From positions 1-29,803 of the IMG/VR virus record IMGVR_UViG_2571042390_000006: 29,803 nucleotides of DNA; one strand, 5' to 3'. Positions 1 to 6,276 of this stretch are shown one piece after another. The position numbers were made by a program, and so were the translations under genes. Below the pieces are notes generated by a model, which did not search any database, had not been told where the DNA came from, and worked only from the letters and a program-made list of their open reading frames with translations. Source of the DNA: a virus. Its lineage: Duplodnaviria > Heunggongvirae > Uroviricota > Caudoviricetes. Position 1 is the stretch's first letter; every line of letters begins with the position of its first letter.

Positions 1-1002
1 TTACCCTCTATTGTCAAAAGGGTTCAATTCAACAGCAGCCTCTAAATGACCTGGAGCAAAATGCGCATAACGCATAGTCATTTTTATATCGCTATGCCCC
101 AGTATTTTTTGCAACACAAGAATATTTCCGCCCCGCATCATAAAATGACTGGCAAACGTGTGACGTAGCACATGAGTTAATTGCCCATCAGGAAGCTCGA
201 TCTTCGCTCTCTTAATTGCAGCGTCAAAAGCCTCATAACATGGTGAAAATAGCGCTCCTCGTTTTTTGGGAAGCATAGCCTGCAATTGAGGTGAAATCGG
301 TACAGTGCGGTTCTTCTTTCCTTTAGTTTTAACAAATGTGATTCGACCGGGCAGTACTTGAGATTGCTTTAACCCTTCTGCTTCACTCCACCGAGCACCA
401 GTCGCAAGCCCAATACGGACAACAACCCCCAAATCTTTATTCCGTGACTCATCACACGCAATCAGAAGGCGTTCAATCTCATCTACATACAGAAACGCCA
501 GTTCCTTTTCTTCCTCACGAAACTTGCGAATACCAGTCAGGGGGTTTTCACCAGACCACTCCCCAAGGCGCTTCAGTTCGGCAAAAACAGCATGTAGATA
601 TGACTGCTCGCGATTAACGGTTGCTTCACTAAGTTTTTTCTTCCCCTTGGGATTCCACTCTCCTGATAACCTTCTTTCCCGATAAGTGGCAAACATATTT
701 TTGTCAAACTGAGAAGCAAATGGATCTCCCAGCCTGGAACAAATCGCCTCAAGTTTGACTTTGCGCTCTGCACCAGAGGACAAGGTTTTACCGTACATCT
801 CAAACCAACGAGCAATCAACTCAGAAAGACGAGGACCAGAACCATCTTGAAACTCGTCTCCAACTCTACTATTCATTAAACGGCGCTCATAAGAGAGCGC
901 CTCACTTTTTGTCGCAAACTGTTTACGAATGCGTTTTCCCGATGCCCCGTAGGGATAACATTCGCAAAGCCATTTACCTGATGGAATCTTACGAACCGAC
1001 AT
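1..1002 (-). CDS. int: Phage integrase (tyrosine recombinase)
   Basis: 333-aa ORF with C-terminal catalytic signature HVLRHTFASHFMMRGGNILVLQKILGHSDIKMTMRYAHF (R..HxxR..Y box). Last gene of the leftward lysogenic operon. Confidence 0.93.
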   Translation of the reverse strand: MSVRKIPSGKWLCECYPYGASGKRIRKQFATKSEALSYERRLMNSRVGDEFQDGSGPRLSELIARWFEMYGKTLSSGAERKVKLEAICSRLGDPFASQFDKNMFATYRERRLSGEWNPKGKKKLSEATVNREQSYLHAVFAELKRLGEWSGENPLTGIRKFREEEKELAFLYVDEIERLLIACDESRNKDLGVVVRIGLATGARWSEAEGLKQSQVLPGRITFVKTKGKKNRTVPISPQLQAMLPKKRGALFSPCYEAFDAAIKRAKIELPDGQLTHVLRHTFASHFMMRGGNILVLQKILGHSDIKMTMRYAHFAPGHLEAAVELNPFDNRG

Positions 1003-1007
1003 TTTAG

Positions 1008-1355
1008 TTACTTATCACATAAATCAAATGCAGCCTTAGTGACATCCCCCAGGCTCTTTTTTAACCCTGGGGCGGCATCATTATCTAGCCAAAATGGATT
1101 ATTGTTATCTAACGGTAACGCACCAAATGTTTTACCTTTTATTCGAGCCAAACCTGTAAGTGCATATAACTTATTATCGTCAAAATTCATCACATAAGGA
1201 TTACCATCAAGACACTGTAATTGAACCTCATCAGTATTAAATGGCCATACCCCATTGAAACTCTCACGTTCAATAGTTTTAAAAGGCATTGCGACGGCGG
1301 AAAAAGAAAACATAGATAAAAAAGTAACTAATAGTTGAACCTTTTTTACTTTCAT
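1008..1355 (-). CDS. Small secreted protein of unknown function (signal peptide, two Cys)
   Basis: 115-aa ORF. N-terminus MKVKKVQLLVTFLSMFSFSAVA is a typical Sec signal peptide. Sits 5 nt from the int start codon on the same strand as repressor and int. AT-rich. Confidence 0.6.
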   Translation of the reverse strand: MKVKKVQLLVTFLSMFSFSAVAMPFKTIERESFNGVWPFNTDEVQLQCLDGNPYVMNFDDNKLYALTGLARIKGKTFGALPLDNNNPFWLDNDAAPGLKKSLGDVTKAAFDLCDK

Positions 1356-1384
1356 ATCATTACCTCAATTTAGCTCAAGTAAGA

Positions 1385-2035
1385 TTACAAATTAAAAAAC
1401 GCCCTAGAAATGACACCGCCTACCAAAACCCCTACGCAGATAAAGAATATTATTTCTTTTGGATAAAGTCGGATTAATTCTGAAGCACGAAGTCGGACTT
1501 CTGGTAAGGTCGAACTCTCTGTGTGGCTTGATGCCGATTGTTGCTCTAACCACGACAATGCAGACTGTAACTGAGAACGAGTAAGATCGTTTAAACGTCC
1601 TGTACCGAAATTGATATGGCAATACCGCAGAAGTTTTTGTCGAAGTCCACAGTCTTCACTGTTACGTAGTAATAAACTTACAAGAGCCTTACAGGCATCA
1701 TGATCTTTACATCGCTCAAGCATTGCATGCAGAAAACTCTCCGCTGTTTTATATTGATTTACTGTCATATCATCAATACCAGCTACACCAATCTCCGCAT
1801 GTACTTTTTGCCAAATAATAAACGCTTCAGTATTGCTAGCTTCTGCAATAGCAGCAACCAAGCTATTTAGCTCCTTACGCTGAGCCTTAAGCAAAGGGCG
1901 ATCGTCATCATCATTATTCGAAGGGATTGCGATATTGACGGTATGAGAACCATCATATCGCTCTATCTGAATATTCTTTTCGTGAAAATCACGCCCAGCA
2001 ACGCGATTGTTTGAACCGTTTGAGTTGACGGCCAT
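1385..2035 (-). CDS. Hypothetical protein with C-terminal transmembrane anchor; N-terminus shares a motif with the repressor C-terminus
   Basis: 216-aa ORF with a GGAGG RBS 5 nt upstream. C-terminal hydrophobic stretch EIIFFICVGVLVGGVISRAFF. N-terminal SNNRVAGRDFHE resembles repressor C-terminal GNNRIAGRDYNE. Confidence 0.6.
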   Translation of the reverse strand: MAVNSNGSNNRVAGRDFHEKNIQIERYDGSHTVNIAIPSNNDDDDRPLLKAQRKELNSLVAAIAEASNTEAFIIWQKVHAEIGVAGIDDMTVNQYKTAESFLHAMLERCKDHDACKALVSLLLRNSEDCGLRQKLLRYCHINFGTGRLNDLTRSQLQSALSWLEQQSASSHTESSTLPEVRLRASELIRLYPKEIIFFICVGVLVGGVISRAFFNL

Positions 2036-2050
2036 GTCACCTCCCTACTA

Positions 2051-2455
2051 TCACCTACCCTTAGTTTCGTTATAGTCACGACCAGCGATACGGTTATTAC
2101 CACCAGAAATATTTAACTCACGTCCTGATGGCTGAGTTTCCTTTTCACTGATCGCACCTTTTAAAGCCCCAATCACCGCGTTTTTCACATCTAACGAAGC
2201 TGCTCGAAAGCGAGTAATCAACTCCTGCTCATCATCGTTATAAGTTTCAGGTGAGTGAATTCCCAACACAACATACTGAACATCAAGGCCAAAACGAGAC
2301 AGCGCTGCCAAATACGCAGCATCAGGAAAGCTATCTCCTTTCTCATATCTAAGCTGAGTTAGCTTTTTGACTCCACCAATGTCGCTCATGGCAACTTGAC
2401 TAAGTCCCAATCTTTCCCTTTCCTCACGCAACCGCTGACCAATATCATTTTTCAT
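2051..2455 (-). CDS. XRE-family helix-turn-helix repressor (candidate immunity repressor)
   Basis: HTH region IGQRLREERERLGLSQVAMSDIGGVKKLTQLRYEKG. Divergent from the early operon, in the position of P2 C / 186 CI. I chose the internal ATG (MKNDIGQ, 2453-2455) because the track start at 2530 would leave no room for the divergent early promoter. Confidence 0.7.
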   Translation of the reverse strand: MKNDIGQRLREERERLGLSQVAMSDIGGVKKLTQLRYEKGDSFPDAAYLAALSRFGLDVQYVVLGIHSPETYNDDEQELITRFRAASLDVKNAVIGALKGAISEKETQPSGRELNISGGNNRIAGRDYNETKGR

Positions 2456-2531
2456 ACAAAAAACCTTGACAGGTATCTTTTTTGATACCAAAATGATTTC
2501 ACGAGCTATTAGATGATCACAATATACCACT
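2456..2531. promoter_or_regulatory. Candidate lysis/lysogeny switch region with a dyad operator-like element
   Basis: 76-bp intergenic region between divergent repressor and early operon. Contains TTGACA (about 2466-2471) and the inverted repeat GGTATC-TTTTTT-GATACC (about 2472-2489). Exact promoters not resolved. Confidence 0.4.
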
Positions 2532-2738
2532 ATGAAACAAGTTCTTCACGATACCAGATCACGCATTCCGCGTAACACCGCCACAGGTCCAAGACTGGCA
2601 CTTCGGCTGTCCCTCGAGGAGCGAGCCGTCATTGATGAAATGGCAGCTAAAGAACAACGCTCATCCTCTAACATGGCGCGCATGATCTTCCTTCGCGGCC
2701 TAGAGCTAACCCAGAAAGAACAAAACAAATCTTCCTGA
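2532..2738 (+). CDS. Small putative DNA-binding protein (ribbon-helix-helix-like), first gene of the early operon
   Basis: 68-aa ORF. Segment RLALRLSLEERAVIDEMAAKEQRSSSNMARMIF resembles RHH/MobC-like DNA-binding folds. Assignment is by pattern only. Confidence 0.45.
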   Translation: MKQVLHDTRSRIPRNTATGPRLALRLSLEERAVIDEMAAKEQRSSSNMARMIFLRGLELTQKEQNKSS

Positions 2739-2754
2739 TCAGGAGGCTAGTGGG

Positions 2755-2958
2755 ATGTCAGGTATAACCATCAATATCAATGTGAATGCCCCCTATGTAT
2801 CCCTGCAGAAATATGCAGAGATAACAGGTATCCCTCTTAATACATGCAAAAAGATGTTGGCTGACGGTCGAATTATTATCCGCCCCAAACGCGCCAAAAT
2901 GGAAAAGCCTGAAGTAAACCTTGTGGCGATGTTAAAAGACGCTTTGGCTAACAGCTAA
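2755..2958 (+). CDS. Cox-like HTH protein (excisionase / switch regulator candidate)
   Basis: 67-aa ORF. YVSLQKYAEITGIPLNTCKKMLADGRIIIRP parallels the Cox HTH region of P2 as I recall it. Position matches cox. Confidence 0.55.
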   Translation: MSGITININVNAPYVSLQKYAEITGIPLNTCKKMLADGRIIIRPKRAKMEKPEVNLVAMLKDALANS

Positions 2959-2979
2959 AACAATGAACAGAGCACCATC

Positions 2980-3330
2980 ATGAAAAAAAACGCTAATAAT
3001 CCATACTCCAAATTTCGTAATAGCGTAGAACGCCATGTACACCACGTCGCTACCAGTGCATCACGTAGTAACAGTCGCTATAACCTGAACGAGACGCACG
3101 CAACACCGGATGGCCACGCTGTAAAACAAATCGGCGAGCATGCCTGGCTGATTGAGAAAGCTGGAATCGTGATCCACAAATGCCCACGCAATCCGTTTAC
3201 CGGAAACCGCATTTTTGCATTGAACTGCGGCGACAATCACTTCGGGCAGGATTTCACATTATACGAAGCACTTCGCACGGTTGATCGTCTGCTTCGCGGG
3301 CAAAGTTTTATTAAACAGGCTGATTTATAA
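2980..3330 (+). CDS. Hypothetical early protein
   Basis: 116-aa ORF in the early operon; no recognisable motif. Confidence 0.45.
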   Translation: MKKNANNPYSKFRNSVERHVHHVATSASRSNSRYNLNETHATPDGHAVKQIGEHAWLIEKAGIVIHKCPRNPFTGNRIFALNCGDNHFGQDFTLYEALRTVDRLLRGQSFIKQADL

Positions 3331-3340
3331 CAGGTGCTTT

Positions 3341-3619
3341 ATGACCAAAGAGCATGCACAAGGTGTATTTATCCGTTTTATTGATTTTCGCGGTGAACTG
3401 TTATTACGCGCATCAGCCATTGACGGAGTTGTTCCATCCGAAAAAAACGCAACTACTTACGTTTATCTGAACGGTACGCGCCTGACTGTGGAGCTTCCGT
3501 ACCAGACCGTACGAGAAATCATTAGCGAAGCTGAAAAGGCACGTCAGGTTAATGGCGATGAACCCTATATCGAAATTATTTGTATGGATTCAGAAGCTGA
3601 AATTCAGAAAGCAGATTAA
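3341..3619 (+). CDS. Hypothetical early protein
   Basis: Internal ATG at 3341 preceded by AGGTG, directly after the upstream stop. The longer track ORF from 3281 overlaps the previous gene. Confidence 0.5.
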   Translation: MTKEHAQGVFIRFIDFRGELLLRASAIDGVVPSEKNATTYVYLNGTRLTVELPYQTVREIISEAEKARQVNGDEPYIEIICMDSEAEIQKAD

Positions 3620-3630
3620 AGGGCGTTGCG

Positions 3631-3873
3631 ATGGGCAAAGAATATAAAACTCTCATTAACAAAGCACTTGAACGATTTTATTTTCGCTTAAGTGCATCAG
3701 GCGCTCATGCTGAACATGCAGCCCGTGACTCATTGACCAGGGCAATCCGGAGTTTGTATGACGTTGCTTTTTACGCTGATGATCTGGATGCACTTAACGA
3801 ACTTTCCGAGCTGATCTGTGCCGCAGAATGCGGGGAACACATTGAACCGTATAAGCTGGGGAATATCGCATGA
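3631..3873 (+). CDS. Hypothetical early protein
   Basis: 80-aa ORF, same strand and operon. Confidence 0.5.
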   Translation: MGKEYKTLINKALERFYFRLSASGAHAEHAARDSLTRAIRSLYDVAFYADDLDALNELSELICAAECGEHIEPYKLGNIA

Positions 3874-3983
3874 GTATATTTATCTCATGGCTTGTTCTGA
3901 TTATTTCGGTGGCCTGCGCCATTGGGATTATGCGAATTATTCATTCAGTAAAAAAGATTGAACGCTTTTTTACTGACAAATAA
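3870..3983 (+). CDS. Small hydrophobic membrane peptide (37 aa), translationally coupled
   Basis: ATGA start/stop overlap with the upstream gene. Product MSIFISWLVLIISVACAIGIMRIIHSVKKIERFFTDK is one TM helix plus a basic tail. Below the ORF-track size cut-off. Confidence 0.3.
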   Translation: MSIFISWLVLIISVACAIGIMRIIHSVKKIERFFTDK

Positions 3984-4075
3984 CAGCTTAAACAAAACAC
4001 CAGATTAAACCCGAAAACCTGAAAACTATCCGCATTCGCGGAGGTATTCGCACACGTAAATAACGGAGATATAAA

Positions 4076-4462
4076 ATGAACGCAAAAGAAAAAAATATTA
4101 TCAATACATTAAAAATAGTGTCAGCAGAGCAAGACAAGCTGTCCAGGGCAGCCCAGAAAGATAATCAACATATGGCAGCGCTTTACGCACTGACCATCGC
4201 AATAGCCGCCTCTGAAGCAGCCAAAGTTATTGAGGAACAGAGCAAAGAAATCGACACTCTTAAAACACAGTCAACAGTTGCAGCCATGAATCCGTCCAGC
4301 ATTGGACGCTGCATTTTATATTCTTGGTTCAGCAATGATGCTGCAATACACCATTATTGCCGAACTGCACGGCAAATACCTGATAACGCCTTACCACACA
4401 AAAGAGTCAGAGCTTCTGACAAATCTCCGCCTGATAGAACGCTCTCAAGCTGTATTCATTGA
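4076..4462 (+). CDS. Hypothetical early protein; 3' end uncertain (possible frameshift into the 4302..4493 frame)
   Basis: GGAG RBS 8 nt upstream. The first 75 residues look protein-like and the C-terminal third is R/S/P-rich and junk-like, while the overlapping frame 4302..4493 looks protein-like. Confidence 0.4.
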   Translation: MNAKEKNIINTLKIVSAEQDKLSRAAQKDNQHMAALYALTIAIAASEAAKVIEEQSKEIDTLKTQSTVAAMNPSSIGRCILYSWFSNDAAIHHYCRTARQIPDNALPHKRVRASDKSPPDRTLSSCIH

Positions 4463-4516
4463 TGACGCGCAATGTGCCGTATTTAACGCATAGGGTTACT
4501 GGACAAAGGGGGCGCA

Positions 4517-4720
4517 ATGGCAATTAAGCATTTTCCCGTCGTTCGCTTTACCTCCAGAGGGCGCGAATACGAGGTCGACGAACGCCTGATTACCACTATC
4601 GACAAACATCGTTCGGAAAAGGATGCACACCACATCTACCTCACTGACGGCACTTACTTCTGCGCCACCAACGTGGCGCGGGTGAATCTTATCCGACAGG
4701 TACAGGAGCCACGCAGATGA
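4517..4720 (+). CDS. Hypothetical early protein
   Basis: 67-aa ORF; its stop overlaps the next start (ATGA). Confidence 0.5.
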   Translation: MAIKHFPVVRFTSRGREYEVDERLITTIDKHRSEKDAHHIYLTDGTYFCATNVARVNLIRQVQEPRR

Positions 4721-4983
4721 CCATTCTGGACTACATCGCTACTCATCCGGGGTGTAGCGGCGGAGAGATCGCCGCAGCACTGAATACCCCAACCACAGCC
4801 ATTAATGCTGAGTTACGCCGACTTTGGCGCGGCGGCTTAGTCATCAGAACAAACCGCAGCACAGGTGGTCGCGCTCGCAAAACAGGAGGCCAGGCTTCTT
4901 ACCACGTAAACCCGATGCTGTTCGGGTGTAGCAATCCACTTACTCACATGTTTAACCAGCTACTGAAGGAAGCCAGAGCATGA
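4717..4983 (+). CDS. Putative winged-helix DNA-binding protein
   Basis: 88-aa ORF. DYIATHPGCSGGEIAAALNTPTTAINAELRRLWRGGLV resembles wHTH regulators. Coupled to neighbours by ATGA overlaps. Confidence 0.45.
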   Translation: MTILDYIATHPGCSGGEIAAALNTPTTAINAELRRLWRGGLVIRTNRSTGGRARKTGGQASYHVNPMLFGCSNPLTHMFNQLLKEARA

Positions 4984-5279
4984 GCACCATCAACCACCAG
5001 AAGCTACGCGAACTGGCATTTGCCCTGCAACGAATGGCAACGCCTCAAAAATTACTGGCATTTCGCGCAATGCTCTCGCCGTCTGCTGTGCTGGCACTGC
5101 TGGATCAGCTGGAGCACGCCAGAACCACGGCTCCTGCCATTCGCCTCACGCTCCATCATGAAATCGCTGATTTCTGCGCAACGCTGGGGGCACCTGGCGA
5201 ACCGGAAACGCCGGAAGCAATGCAGCAAGAGCTGCTGCAACGCATCGATAACGTTTTTGATTTTTTTCTGAACCAGTAA
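4980..5279 (+). CDS. Hypothetical early protein
   Basis: 99-aa ORF, coupled start. Confidence 0.5.
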   Translation: MSTINHQKLRELAFALQRMATPQKLLAFRAMLSPSAVLALLDQLEHARTTAPAIRLTLHHEIADFCATLGAPGEPETPEAMQQELLQRIDNVFDFFLNQ

Positions 5280-5299
5280 GAAACCAGAACATGCACACA

Positions 5300-5562
5300 C
5301 AAAAAAACCGCTTGCCATGCCTCAATCGGTCAGGTTACATTTCCGCTGCAGCTCATAAAACGGGTGCCGGGATTCTCAACCCGATACAGAGCAAAGCGCA
5401 TAACCGCGCAAGCGGTTTTTTTGTGCGCACTGTATTGCCACGTCTTTTTCGCGTCAGAATTATGGCGGGGCGTACGGGGCCGACTTCGGTCGGGCCGGAT
5501 TCTTTGCTCTCCGGTGTTGAGAACCCTGTACGTCTCGCCACCCCGAGATTCTCAACTCTGGA
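5300..5562. other. Structured non-coding region (nested inverted repeats, three TTCTCAAC motifs, UUCG-loop hairpin)
   Basis: No convincing ORF. 9-bp inverted repeat at about 5307-5315 and 5408-5416; about 27-bp imperfect inverted repeat at 5368-5397 and 5497-5526; third direct TTCTCAAC copy near 5548; GGCCGAC-TTCG-GTCGG(G)CC hairpin near 5478-5496. Confidence 0.3.
5403..5422 (+). terminator. Candidate intrinsic terminator
   Basis: ACCGC-GCAA-GCGGT hairpin followed by a run of seven T, about 120 nt after the 4980..5279 stop. The stem is short. The right arm also pairs with AAAAAAACCGCTTGC at about 5301-5315. Confidence 0.4.
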
Positions 5563-5601
5563 TGGTGAGTTATTTCTATCACCGAGCAAAGAGGCCACAC
5601 C

Positions 5602-5832
5602 ATGGCAGACCGCAAACAGCACCGCACTATCGCGGAGCGTCGTCACATCCAGACTGAAATCAACCACAGACTTTCCCGCGCATCACGCGTCGCGCAAATC
5701 ATGCACATCAATATGCTGCATGAGCGCAGCCACGCACTATCAAACATTTATTCCGCCTCTGTTTTCAGCTATCTGGCGGATGATCTGCACGAGCTTCAAC
5801 AGCTCATCCAGCAGCAAAACAAACTCCATTAA
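5602..5832 (+). CDS. Hypothetical protein
   Basis: 76-aa ORF with an AGAGG RBS-like sequence; no motif recognised. Confidence 0.4.
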   Translation: MADRKQHRTIAERRHIQTEINHRLSRASRVAQIMHINMLHERSHALSNIYSASVFSYLADDLHELQQLIQQQNKLH

Positions 5833-5904
5833 TTCCTGTTCCGGGCCTTTCCTGCACCTTGCGGCGGGAGGCCTTCGCACATCTGTAACAAGAGGATTGC
5901 CGCA

Positions 5905-6270
5905 ATGATTCTCGCCAACGACTTTCTTGAATACCTGCTCAACACAGAACGAGATCTTGCCGCTCGCGTGCGTGATCGTTATGACATGTACCTGAAATCC
6001 CTGCCTGTACCGCAGCTCGCTGACGGAAAGATTGTTATTGATGGTCGCTACATGATTGACAGCCACGAGGGAAATTACAGGCTTTACCGCATTGAAGGTG
6101 GCACCCCGTCCGTTATTGGCATTTACCAGCGCCCATCCTCTGCAATCGTCGATGTGATTGCCGACAGCATCCGCATCACACATCGCCATGCCGACACAGA
6201 AGACACCGTGCTGGAAATTCAGCGGCTGGCTACAGTCTGCCGCGACACCCTGAATGGCATGACGAAGTAA
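5905..6270 (+). CDS. Hypothetical protein upstream of A
   Basis: 121-aa ORF ending 6 nt before the A start. Confidence 0.5.
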   Translation: MILANDFLEYLLNTERDLAARVRDRYDMYLKSLPVPQLADGKIVIDGRYMIDSHEGNYRLYRIEGGTPSVIGIYQRPSSAIVDVIADSIRITHRHADTEDTVLEIQRLATVCRDTLNGMTK

Positions 6271-6276
6271 ATCACT

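Noticed and set aside
4302-4493. 63-aa ORF overlapping the 3' part of 4076..4462 in another frame
   Set aside because: Not called as a separate gene. It may be the true C-terminal part of the upstream gene after a frameshift, or a short gene starting at a downstream ATG; the sequence alone cannot decide.
5300-5430. Retron-like msr/msd (inverted repeats flanking a structured region)
   Set aside because: No reverse transcriptase gene follows and no conserved retron features are recognisable. Kept only as a generic structured element.
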